Positions 22,301 through 31,400 of a DNA stretch of 64,000 nt are shown in pieces (the first letter of the stretch is position 1; every line of letters starts with the position of its first letter). The notes beneath the pieces are model-generated. The model ran no database searches, was not told the origin of the DNA, and saw nothing but the letters and a program-made list of their open reading frames with translations. The position numbers were made by a program, and so were the translations under genes. Source of the stretch: Nannocystis bainbridge (GTDB taxonomy: Bacteria > Myxococcota_A > Polyangia > Nannocystales > Nannocystaceae); assembly GCF_028368995.1 (NCBI RefSeq), contig NZ_JAQNDL010000001.1:1600001-1664000 (forward strand), read 5' to 3'.

Positions 22301-22926
22301 GGGGCCGCGCGCAGGAGCGCGAGCGCGAGGTCCCGCTGGTCCGCAGCGAGGGCCAGGAGTACATCCGCTACGCGAAGGGCATGATCGCGTTTTATGGCCT
22401 CGCCGACCTCGTCGGCAAGGACCGCGTCAACGCGGCGCTGGCCGAGTTCTTGCGCGCCCGCGGCTTCGGGCCCGTCCCGCAGCCGATCGCCGACGACGTG
22501 ATCGCGGCCCTGCGCGCCGTCACGCCGCCGCAATACCAGTACTTCATCACCGACACCTTCGAGACGATCACCCTCTACGACAACCGGATCTGCGACGCCG
22601 CCGTCACCGAGGAGCAGGGCCGATTCCGCGTGCGGGTCACCGCCTGCGCCCGCAAGGTCCGCGCCGACGAGCACGGCCGCGAGACCCCGGCGCCGCTGGC
22701 CGACACCATCGAAGTCGGCGTGTTCACGGCCCCGGGCCCGCGGCAGCTCCGGCTCGGCAAGCCGCTCGCGCTCGAGAAGCACGTGTTCACCTCGAAATCC
22801 GCCGACGACCCGGGCGCCGAGCTCGTGCTCGAGTTCGTGGTCGACGAGCGCCCCGCCGTGGTCGCCATCGACCCGTACTACAAGCTGATCGAGAGCCGGT
22901 CGAACGACAATTTCTTCGACCTGTGA
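19309..22926 (+). CDS. ABC-2 permease fused to an M1-family aminopeptidase domain
   Basis: Two multi-TM halves, then AHEVAHQWWG...IESLSEY and YAKG. Confidence 0.9.
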   Translation: MSPFSTFAGIEIRYHLRRPVNYIFMVLMLLGGWLYTATPFAWAGPFGGAVDNDAPHKLNTIVMFMTLFGAIFTPAIAGTALLRDFEFRSHELLFTTRLRKFDFVLGRFLGACLFTALVTGCSALGLWLGAHMPWVDPARLGPGGALAYVWPVLVYVVPNAFVTCAVFIAVGVLTRSFLAVYVAGIVMFVGRQIGLSVMDGAFHAGPQIERIIALIDPFGLAASGLVTRHWTIDEQNTRLIAVVDALLWNRLLWLALGGLLLLVAYRWFRMEASPGVRRRARSIVDLPVVDPHRPPRPRPPVRPRSGPAATWAAFVAMTRLYFRDVTRARPFQAVVAVLLLFMLHAVDLNFQMMITLPVTHTMVLIVQEFGLFFSILLAVYAGQLIWRERDLHCDQLLDATPVASVAVIAAKIAALLLVQIVLLGLLLGCGVIFQALSGYMHFELPVYFGHLFGLDVPRHTLTILLAVALQLLVPHKGLGVALLVAYYVLFPLLKDIGLEHRLLRYADLPQILYSDMNGFGPNVWSFAVLWAYYFAFAMLLLAFGRLLLVRGTPGGLRARLRIARGRATGAWWRFVGLAAAAWLGLGAYAAHNFHVRNTYVTERGVEALQAVYERAYKQYEGLLQPQLAAVELRIDLSPETASARVRGTYRIVNTHEVAVPDVHLHLPEEVTIHALSFAGGATLVHEDPRIRHQIWQLAAPLAPGAETTLRFELGVERTGFAHRDRDTEIHANGALQSESQLLPWIGYDRDGEVADRDARRRLGLPERARMLAVDDPLAKGGLVVRHTHARIDFSTTVCTAPDQIAVAPGALVREWQQDGRRCFAYVVDNPILNSWVVQSARYEVARERHAGIDLEIYYHADHPYNIARMMTAMKRSLDYYQAQFTPYQARQLRILEFPRRHQDFAMAMPGTIPFSEGIGFILKFDPDDATTYDRPFWITAHEVAHQWWGHQVSARFVQGGTMVIESLSEYFAILVMEQEYGIEGVAPMLREKLEIYLRGRAQEREREVPLVRSEGQEYIRYAKGMIAFYGLADLVGKDRVNAALAEFLRARGFGPVPQPIADDVIAALRAVTPPQYQYFITDTFETITLYDNRICDAAVTEEQGRFRVRVTACARKVRADEHGRETPAPLADTIEVGVFTAPGPRQLRLGKPLALEKHVFTSKSADDPGAELVLEFVVDERPAVVAIDPYYKLIESRSNDNFFDL

Positions 22927-23033
22927 CGCCCGCGGCCCGGCGCGGGCGATGCCGCGTCCTCACGGCATCGTCCGCCGGGTCGGGGCATCGTCGGCGCCGG
23001 GCGGCCGACCTGCGACAGTCGGCCCGACGCGCC

Positions 23034-23468
23034 TCATTTCTTCTGCTGCTGCTCGAGCTCGGCGCGGAGGCGGTCCTCCTGCGCGCGAATCTCCGGCGTG
23101 TATTCCTCGCCGAAGTCCTCCGCCTCGAAGATCGGCCGGATCTCGAGCTCGGCCTCCTCGTTCGGCATCGGCTCCGGGCAGCGGCGCGCCCACTCGACCG
23201 CCTCGTCCATCGATCGCACCTGCCAGATCCAGTAGCCGGCCACCAGCTCCTTGGTCTCGGCGAATGGACCGTCGATCACGTCGCGCGTCTTACCCGAGAT
23301 CCGGATCCGCTTGCCCTTCACGCTCGGGTGCAGGCCGTCGCCGCCCAGCATCACGCCCGCCTTGACCAGCGCCTCGTTGTAGTTGCCCATCTCGGCCATC
23401 AGCTTCTCGCTCGGCATGACGCCCGCTTCGCTGTTCTTCGTGGCCTTTACGATCACCATGACCTTCAT
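23034..23468 (-). CDS. YciI/DGPF-family protein
   Basis: MKVMVIVKAT...GLHPS...IDGPFAETKELVAGYW. Confidence 0.92.
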   Translation of the reverse strand: MKVMVIVKATKNSEAGVMPSEKLMAEMGNYNEALVKAGVMLGGDGLHPSVKGKRIRISGKTRDVIDGPFAETKELVAGYWIWQVRSMDEAVEWARRCPEPMPNEEAELEIRPIFEAEDFGEEYTPEIRAQEDRLRAELEQQQKK

Positions 23469-23524
23469 CGTCGTGTCCTTTCGCTGCGGCACCGCGCCGG
23501 TGCCGGTAGGTTGTTCGTACACGC

Positions 23525-23551
23525 GACGAACGGCCAGCCGCCAGATCGACA
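23525..23551 (-). promoter_or_regulatory. ECF42-type promoter upstream of the DGPF gene
   Basis: Minus strand TGTCGA-17 nt-CGTC matches the reported ECF42 consensus; ECF42 regulons are known to contain DGPF genes. Confidence 0.6.
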
Positions 23552-23747
23552 CGGCCTCGACGAATTTTTTCGTCGGCCCGCGCGGTGGGCGAAATTCTGT
23601 TTCATGACGATGATTTATGCGATCCGCCCCGGACCGCTGCGGCCTGAGCCGTGGCGCCTCGCGCCGGGCCCCTCCCCAGGTCCCTCGCCCGCGGCCGAGT
23701 CCGCGGAGACGACGCGGTTCATCTCCCGCCATCCCGGCGCGAACCAC

Positions 23748-23785
23748 AAGGCTGTCTTTTAAGGCATGTCCTTCCAGACATGAAA
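23748..23785. repeat. 14-bp-phased CATG array (3 units)
   Basis: Cores at 23751 (gctg), 23765, 23779. Confidence 0.8.
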
Positions 23786-23860
23786 CGAGACCCTCGCCGC
23801 GCAGATCCGAGCCATGATCGTCTGTCACGCCCGGGCCCGCTTTGTTAGCCTCGCCGGACG

Positions 23861-24466
23861 ATGAGCAAGGGCAAGAGCATCCACGGGTGCGTCGAGGGCG
23901 ACCTGACCGCCGACGAGGACGAATACCCGCACGGCCTGCCGACCGAGATCCGGCCGCCGAAGTTGTTCCGCGACGGCGGCTTCGAGCCGCGCGGCGGCCT
24001 CGTGCTCGCCGTCAAGACCCCGCTCGGCACCTACGGCATGGGCGGCCCCGGCTTCCTCGGCATCCAAGTCGGCGGCGGCCGCCCGCACGAGCCGCGCTGG
24101 CTCGTCGTGACGCTGTGGGCCGCGGCGGGCTGGGCCACGATCGACGGCGACCTCGTGAGCGAAGAATTCTTCGAGTGCGACCGCATCGCGCTCGCGGCCG
24201 CGGGGCGTCGCTTTCGCAGCATCACGACGGCGCTCACCGGGACCACGCTGATCGCCGCCGATTGCAGCGACGACCTGCTGGTGCTGGTGTTCGAGCGAGA
24301 CGGTGCGCGCCAGCGCCTCGAGATCTGGCGCGACGGCCGGGACGTGCCGCCGTGGCGCGGCAGCGGCCAGCCGCGCACGCTCGGGCCCGACGAGTCGATG
24401 CGCGACGCCGTGGTCGTCAGCGAGTCCGGCTACCTGTGGACAGCGGACGACGACGACGACGAGTGA
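23861..24466 (+). CDS. Hypothetical protein
   Basis: Clean ORF with coding-like composition; GTYGMGGPGFLG motif. Confidence 0.7.
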   Translation: MSKGKSIHGCVEGDLTADEDEYPHGLPTEIRPPKLFRDGGFEPRGGLVLAVKTPLGTYGMGGPGFLGIQVGGGRPHEPRWLVVTLWAAAGWATIDGDLVSEEFFECDRIALAAAGRRFRSITTALTGTTLIAADCSDDLLVLVFERDGARQRLEIWRDGRDVPPWRGSGQPRTLGPDESMRDAVVVSESGYLWTADDDDDE

Positions 24467-24482
24467 GCCGCGCTCGCCTGCT

Positions 24483-24872
24483 TCACTGCGCCACGCGCAG
24501 GCGGACCTCGATGTCGATGTCCCAGCCCGAGGTCTCGTTGTTGGTGAGGCGGTAGAGCGTGCCGTACTCGATGCGGCGGATGATGTAGCTGGTGGTCCGC
24601 TGGCCGCCGCGCGGCCCCTGCGTCACCTTGACCTCGATCTGGCTCGGCCCGCGCAGGACCACGAAGTCGCCGCGGTCTCCCAGCCGAATGGCGTCGTTCT
24701 CGACCGAGTCCAGCCCCTGGCTGTCGTCGATGTAGTCGAGGATCGAGGTCATCGCGCGGGCGTCCTCGGCGTCGGGCTCGGCCGCGATCGCGGGGGCGGA
24801 CAGGGCGACCAGGGCGACCAGCAGCGCCGCGGGGCCAGCTTTCGTGGTGATGTCGAAGATCCACATGAGCAT
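24483..24872 (-). CDS. Small secreted hypothetical protein
   Basis: AGGAG upstream of ATG 24872; signal peptide ...LLVALVALSAPAIA. Confidence 0.7.
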   Translation of the reverse strand: MLMWIFDITTKAGPAALLVALVALSAPAIAAEPDAEDARAMTSILDYIDDSQGLDSVENDAIRLGDRGDFVVLRGPSQIEVKVTQGPRGGQRTTSYIIRRIEYGTLYRLTNNETSGWDIDIEVRLRVAQ

Positions 24873-25552
24873 CGTCTCCTTGCGAAAATCGCGGGCGCCG
24901 CCCAATCGACGGCCCCGCAAGATTGAGCCGACCCGCGCTGGCGTCCAGCGAACGGCCGCAGAAATCAGCGCCTGTCCGCCCGCCGCGAGCGTCCGCTCGC
25001 ACGCCCGGCCCGCGCCCCTCGGCCGCTCGGATCGAGTCGCGGCGCTCGTCGCGATTGCATGGACTCGATCGATCGCCGAACACCGACAATCACAGCACCG
25101 CATGCCCCCGATCCCGGGGACTCTTATCGCGCTGCGGATCTCCGACCACGGTTCATTTCGACGTGAGGATGCGCCCGCGCCGCAAGCCGATCTCCCGCGC
25201 CACGATCGACGCGCTGCGGCCTGACGACCCTATGCATATCCGCGCCGGTGACATCGCGGCAATTGGCGAGAGCGCGCGTCGGTGGCGGATCGGCGCTTGT
25301 GCCATTCGCGCACCGCGAATTCGTGCTGCATTCGCCCGCGGCTCTCGTCGCGCCCCCGGCGGACCCGGGCGCGGGGCGGGCTCTGCAGCCATTCGCTGCC
25401 GCGCACGCGCGACGAAAGGGCGCCCGCGGGCCGGGGTTTCACGCGCGCCAGCGGATGTTCCTCTCGCGCGATTGCATCGAAGGACCCTGGTCACTGGCAT
25501 TTCGGATCCTATCCTTCATGACCCTTTTCCAACCAAAGGGTTCGGAGACATC

Positions 25553-26269
25553 ATGCGAAAATACCTTAGGCATCTCACCCACCTCACCCTCGTTCTCACC
25601 GCTTTCGCCGCCTGCGATTCCGGGGACATCACGCCGCGCGAGGCCGATCCGCTGGTCTGCGGCGGCTTCGCGGGCCTCGAATGCCCGGCCGGCCTCGTCT
25701 GCGTCGACGACCCGAGCGACGATTGCGACCCGCTCAAGGGCGGCGCCGATTGCATCGGCATCTGCGAGGACCCCGGCCCCGCGACCTGCGGCGGCTTCCT
25801 CGGAACCGAATGCCCCGAAGGACAGGTCTGCGTCGACGACCCGAACGACGATTGCGACCCGCAGAACGGCGGCGCCGACTGCATCGGCGTCTGCGAGGAG
25901 GCCCCCGCGACCTGCGGCGGCTTCCTCGGCACCGAATGCCCCGACGGCCAGGTCTGCGTCGACGACCCGAACGACGATTGCGACCCGCAGAACGGCGGCT
26001 CCGACTGCATCGGCGTCTGCGAGGACGGCCCGGCCGTGTGCGGCGGGATCCTCGGCACCGCCTGCCCCAAGGGCCAGACCTGCGTCGACGACCCCAGCGA
26101 CGACTGCGACCCGGAGAAGGGCGGGGACGACTGCATCGGCGTCTGCACCGACTCCGGCCGGGTGTACGTGAACCACGATCCGGCCGCCTGCCTGGCGATC
26201 AAGTTCGCGTGCCCCAAGGGCATGAAGCACTTCTTCGACGCGACCGGCTGCGGCTGCGAGCCGGAGTGA
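25553..26269 (+). CDS. Lipoprotein with four Cys/Asp-rich tandem repeats
   Basis: LTAFAAC lipobox; 4x CGGxxGxxCPxGxxCVDDPxDDCDPxxGGxDCIGxC. Confidence 0.9.
   Translation: MRKYLRHLTHLTLVLTAFAACDSGDITPREADPLVCGGFAGLECPAGLVCVDDPSDDCDPLKGGADCIGICEDPGPATCGGFLGTECPEGQVCVDDPNDDCDPQNGGADCIGVCEEAPATCGGFLGTECPDGQVCVDDPNDDCDPQNGGSDCIGVCEDGPAVCGGILGTACPKGQTCVDDPSDDCDPEKGGDDCIGVCTDSGRVYVNHDPAACLAIKFACPKGMKHFFDATGCGCEPE
25658..26146 (+). repeat. Intragenic tandem repeat, 126-129-bp period
   Basis: Unit starts at 25658, 25787, 25913, 26039; copies 2 and 3 are nearly identical. Confidence 0.9.
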
Positions 26270-26428
26270 GCCTGGCGACGCGGCGATCCTGACCGCGCAC
26301 CGGGCCGCCCAGCCCGCCTTTGCGCGGCCCCGGACGGTCCAGCCCGCCCGCGCGCGCGCGGCGGCGTGTCCAACGGCACGCCGCCGCGCGCCCCGCGGGC
26401 GTTTTTAATCGGGTAGACGTTGCCGCGC

Positions 26429-28141
26429 ATGAGCGACGACGAAGACCTCCCCCCGCCGACCGGCTTCGCCGCGCTCGACCTGCCCGAGCCGCTCCTCAAG
26501 GCCCTGAGCGACGTCGGCTACGAGACGCCGTCACCGATCCAGTCGCAGACGATCCCGCACCTGCTGGCCGGACGCGACCTGCTCGGCCAGGCCCAGACCG
26601 GCACCGGCAAGACCGCGGCGTTCGCCCTGCCGATCCTCGCGCGCCTCGACCGGACCCGGCCGACCCTGCAGGCGCTGGTGCTCACGCCCACGCGCGAGCT
26701 GGCGATCCAGGTCGCCGAGGCGCTGCACCGCTACGCCGCCCACATGCCGGGCTTCCGCGTGCTGCCGATCTACGGCGGCCAGAGCTACGGCCCGCAGCTG
26801 CAAGCGCTCGGGCGCGGGGTCCATGTCGTCGTCGGCACCCCGGGGCGCATCATCGATCACCTCGGCCGCGGCTCGCTCGACCTGACGCAGCTGCGCCAGG
26901 TCGTGCTCGACGAGGCCGACGAGATGCTGCGCATGGGCTTCATCGACGACGTCGAGCACATCCTGCGCGCGACCCCGGCCGCGCGGCAGACCGCGCTGTT
27001 CTCGGCCACCCTGCCGCCGCCGATCCGGCGGATCGCCCAGACCTACCTGCGCGACCCGGTCGAGGTCACGATCGCCGGCAAGAGCCGCACCGCCGACAAC
27101 ATCCGCCAGCGCTACTGGGTCGTCAGCGGCATGCACAAGCTCGACGCGCTGACGCGGATCCTCGAGGCCGAGACGTTCGACGCGATGATCGTGTTCGCCC
27201 GCACCAAGGTCGCCACCGACGACCTGGCCGAGCGCCTGCAGGCCCGCGGCTTCGCGGCCGCGGCGATCAACGGCGACATCCCGCAGGCCCAGCGCGAGCG
27301 CACGATCGCCATGCTGCGCGACGGCGCGATCGACATCCTCGTCGCCACCGACGTCGCCGCCCGCGGGCTCGACGTCGACCGCATCAGCCACGTCATGAAC
27401 TACGACGTGCCGACCGACCCGGAGAGCTACGTCCACCGGATCGGCCGCACGGGCCGCGCCGGCCGCAGCGGCGAGGCGGTCCTGTTCATCGCCCCGCGCG
27501 AGCGCGGCCTGCTGCGCATGATCGAGCGCGCGACCCGACAGCCGATCACGCCGATGGAGCTGCCGACCATCAAGATGGTCAACGACGTGCGGCTGGCGCG
27601 GTTCAAGCAGCAGATCCGCGACAGCATCGCCGCTGGCGGCCTCGAGCCGTTCCAGAACGCGATCGAGGAGCTCGAGAAGGAGGACAACATCCCCGCGCTC
27701 GAGATCGCGGCCGCCCTGGCCAAGATGGTCCGCAAGGGCGAGCCGTTCATGCTGGCGGCCGAGCGCCGCGAGCCCGAGGAGCGGCACACGCACGAGGAGC
27801 GGCCGCCGGCGCGCGGCCCCGACCCCGGCATGGCCGCCTACCGCGTCGAGGTCGGCCACCTCCACGGCCTCCGGCCCGGCAACCTGGTCGGCGCGATCGC
27901 CAACGAGGCCCGGCTGACGAGCAAGCAGATCGGCCGCATCGACATCCAGAAGGACCACGCCTTCGTCGAGCTGCCCGCCGAGCTGCCCGACGAGCTGCTG
28001 CAGCACCTGAAGAACGTGTGGGTCGCCGGCGGCCAGCTGCGGATCACCCGCGACGGCGAGCCGCCCGACGACGAGGGCAAGCGCCCGCCCAAGCGCAACC
28101 TGCTGCGCGGGCGCCTGTTCGGCAAGCCGCGCCGGAACTGA
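26429..28141 (+). CDS. deaD: DEAD-box RNA helicase DeaD/CsdA with DbpA-type RNA-binding domain
   Basis: AQTGTGKT, PTRELA, DEAD, SAT, ARGLD, HRIGRTGRAG; C-terminal PGNLVGAIANE. Confidence 0.93.
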   Translation: MSDDEDLPPPTGFAALDLPEPLLKALSDVGYETPSPIQSQTIPHLLAGRDLLGQAQTGTGKTAAFALPILARLDRTRPTLQALVLTPTRELAIQVAEALHRYAAHMPGFRVLPIYGGQSYGPQLQALGRGVHVVVGTPGRIIDHLGRGSLDLTQLRQVVLDEADEMLRMGFIDDVEHILRATPAARQTALFSATLPPPIRRIAQTYLRDPVEVTIAGKSRTADNIRQRYWVVSGMHKLDALTRILEAETFDAMIVFARTKVATDDLAERLQARGFAAAAINGDIPQAQRERTIAMLRDGAIDILVATDVAARGLDVDRISHVMNYDVPTDPESYVHRIGRTGRAGRSGEAVLFIAPRERGLLRMIERATRQPITPMELPTIKMVNDVRLARFKQQIRDSIAAGGLEPFQNAIEELEKEDNIPALEIAAALAKMVRKGEPFMLAAERREPEERHTHEERPPARGPDPGMAAYRVEVGHLHGLRPGNLVGAIANEARLTSKQIGRIDIQKDHAFVELPAELPDELLQHLKNVWVAGGQLRITRDGEPPDDEGKRPPKRNLLRGRLFGKPRRN

Positions 28142-28170
28142 GCCGCACGAGCGGCCGCCGATGACACGAG

Positions 28171-28236
28171 AGACATGTCCTAACGGACATGTCTCTTTTC
28201 ATATGTCTGTCGAGGCATGTCCTCTCGAACATGTCC
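28171..28236. repeat. 14-bp-phased CATG array (5 units)
   Basis: Cores at 28174, 28188, 28202 (tatg), 28216, 28230. Confidence 0.95.
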
Positions 28237-28290
28237 CGAGACGCTGCGAGGCGGGCTCGCGCGCCGCTCGCCGTCGGCCGCGCCCGACCC

Positions 28291-28425
28291 GCCTTCGCCC
28301 GCGACCTCGACCGGGGCACGGCGATCGCCCCGAGCTTCCGCGACGCGGTCAAGCTGCACCACCTCGTCGACACCATCGCCGAGGCGTCCGCCAGCGGCCA
28401 GCGCAAGCTGTGGCAGCGACCGTAA
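28291..28425 (+). pseudogene. Probable C-terminal remnant of a Gfo/Idh/MocA oxidoreductase
   Basis: AFARDLDRGTAIAPSFRDAVKLHHLVDTIAEASASGQR* resembles that family's terminal helix; no upstream gene body. Confidence 0.5.
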
Positions 28426-28475
28426 AACCAATGCCATGAGCCGCACGCGATCGCCGGTCCGCGGCGTGTGGTAGC

Positions 28476-31400
28476 GTGGCCGCGATGACCCCGGCGGTCG
28501 CCCTGCACGAGTACCTCGTCCGCCGCTACCCCGACCCGCGCGACCTGCGACAGCTCGTCGAACTCCACCTCGGCGCGGAGATCGGCAGTGCGCTGCCCGT
28601 CGAGGTGCACGCGCAGAGGTTGGCATTCGTGCTGCTGCAGCACTGCGAACATCGCGGGCAGACGCTCGAGCTGTTCGCGGCCCTGCAGCACGACGCCGGC
28701 GGCCGCGGCGAGGAGCTCGCCCGCGTCGTCGCCGACTACCTGGCCGCGCACCCCGACCCGTCGCTGCGCCGCGCGATCGATCGCTACGCCGAGCACGCCC
28801 GCCTCACGGCCCGCCGCCCGCCGCTCGAGCAGCAAGTCGGCAAGTTCCTCGACGGCGCCGACCACGACCTCGACCGGGTGTGGATCTCGCTGACCTCACG
28901 ACCCGTCCCGGCGCCGCAGCTGCAGCCGCCGACCGACGCGCAGGGGCCGATGCCGCTGCCGGTGCTCGAGGTCGCCGCGCCGGTGCTCGAGCTGTGGCCG
29001 GCACAGGCGCCGTGGCTGCTGCTGCTCGGCGACCCGGGCGCGGGCAAGAGCGTGGTGGCCCGCCGGGCGCTGATCGAGCAGCTGGAGGCCGGAGGTCGGA
29101 CGCCGGTCCGCGTCGAGCTGGGGCGCTATGCGGCCTGGACGACCCGGGCGACCGGTCCGCACAGCTTCCTGCGCTTCCTCGGCGAGACCTTCGCTACCAC
29201 GGGCGTGCCGCTGTCGGCGACGCAGCTCCGCGGGCTGGCGCTGGCCGGCGAGGTGACGTGGATCGTCGACGGCCTCGACGAGGTGGCCGACGCCGAGCTG
29301 CGATCGCACTGCGTCGAACAGCTGATCCACCTGCGCGACCGCGGACCAGTGCTCGTCACCAGCCGCCCGCGCGGCGTGACCCCGGCCCGCGAGACCCTGC
29401 GTGAGGCCGGCTTCGCCATCCACGAGCTGGTCCCGCTCGACGATCCGATGCTGGCGAAGCTCGGAAACAACTGGTTCGGCGCGGGCCTCATCGACGCGGC
29501 GGCGCTGCAGCGCGCGCTCGGGACCGCGGCGGTGCGCGAGCAGATGCGGTCGCCGCTGATCGCCACGTTCGTGCTGGTGCTGGCCCGCCGGGGCATGCCG
29601 CTGCAGCAGCGCCACGCGGTGCTGTCGCAGATCTGCGCGCTCACGGTGCGCACCTGGGCCGACCGCCGCGGGCCGCTCTCGCTCGACGCCCGCGCCCGCA
29701 TGGCGTTCCTGCGCGGGCTGGCATGGACGATGCTGACCGCGCCCGGCCAAGGGGCCGAGAACATCGTCGAGCACGCCGCGCTGCACCGCTTCGCCGCCAG
29801 CTTCTTCCGCGAGCGCGAGCCGGGCCTGAGCCGCGACGAGGCGGTCGCGCGGGCCGAGTCGCTGATCGCCGAGCTCAACGAGGAGGTCCACGCGATCTCG
29901 CCGCTCGGCGGCGCTAGCTTCGGCTTCGTGCATCGCTCGCTGCTCGAGTTCTTCGCCGCCGACGCGCTGGCAGAGTCACAGGACCCGGATGTGGTGGCAC
30001 GATTCGCCGCCGATTGGCACCACAGCACCTGGACCGAGGTCCTGCCGATGGCCTGCGGGCTGATCGCGGAGAGTCGACCGGCGCTGGCGGTGCGGGCCTT
30101 GCGAGCGGTCGTCGCCGGCGGCCCCTCGCTCGCGGCCGCGCGCTTGCTGGCGGCCAGCGAGTTCGTGGTGCGCTGCTTCGCCGAGGTCGAGCCCATCGGT
30201 CCCGATCTGGCCGCGCTGGCAGATGCGCTGAGCGAGGCGTGGATCTCGCTCGCCGCGCTGGGCGAGCTCGACATGCGCGGGCTGGCGGCCGTGCTGCGCC
30301 CGATCGGCCCGCGCTGGCCCGGTGCGCGCCGGCTGGGCGAATGGTTCGAGGCGACCGGCGGGAGCGGACGGCTGCTGGGGATCCCGGAGTTTAACGTGCA
30401 GCTGTCGCACGGCAGCTCGACCCAGGTGTCGCTCGTCCACGCGGTGATCGCCGTGACCGCCGTCGCGTCCCGCCCGCGCCTGCTCGCGCGTCTGCTCGCC
30501 AGGTCGCCGGCCGTGCTCATGCCATTCGCCGATGGCCTGGCGAGCATGGGCCCGTGGACCGACGGCGAGCTCGAACAGCTGATCCGCAGCCTGGATCGCT
30601 TCGGCTGGGCGTGGGACGCCCAGGTCGTGGCCTGGCTCGGCGACCTCGCCGGCACCGCGGCCGAGCCCGAGCTGGCGCTGAGGATGCTCGACGAGGGCCG
30701 TGATTCGCTCGAGCGCATGTTCACCGCCGCTCTGCTGATCTCGTCGTCGACGATGCGTAGCGAGGCGATCTCCGCCCTCGATGGTGAGATTTCGGCGATC
30801 GCCGCCCACCAACCGAGCGTGATCTTGCAAGAGATCAACGCTCAAATCGTCGCCACCGCGCTGCGCCTCGAACCGACCGCCGCGGTCGACCTGTGTCGGC
30901 GATTGATGGCCCTCGGGGCCCCCGAGCCGCGTGCGACTGCCTGTCTGCTCGCGGCGCATTTCGGCGACGAAGAGGCCGCCGCCGCGCTGGTGACGATGTT
31001 GCGCTCCCAGGATCGCCGCACTCACGACGCGGCCAACTGGGCGCTCACCCACGGCCGCCTGCGCGACGGCATCGATCGGGTGCTGGCCTCGCTGGGCGAC
31101 GATATCGGCTGCGTGACGCTGGCGTGGGCGGCGATGACCCTGCCGCCGGTGGCCGAGCAACACGGCCGCTGGGCCGCCGCGCGGGCGCTGTGGTGCCATT
31201 TGGCCGATGCCGGCGAATGGAGCGGTCAATTGCGCTGGATGGCCGTCGCTGCCTTGATCAGCCGGCCGACCTGGCGCGACGCCGGGATCGAGCGTCTGTT
31301 ACGATTGCAGCCGGACACCCCGCCGAACAGCCCCAACATCGACACCGCCCTGCGCCGCCTCGGCGAGTACCCCGACGGCCCCGAGCACCTGCGGCGATTG

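Noticed and set aside
18360-22926. ABC permease-aminopeptidase fusion as a novelty
   Set aside because: This architecture is already widespread and annotated in many bacteria.
24873-25552. Long AT-richer intergenic regions (also 17870-18359 and 40214-40708)
   Set aside because: Probably divergent promoter regions; no specific element could be supported.
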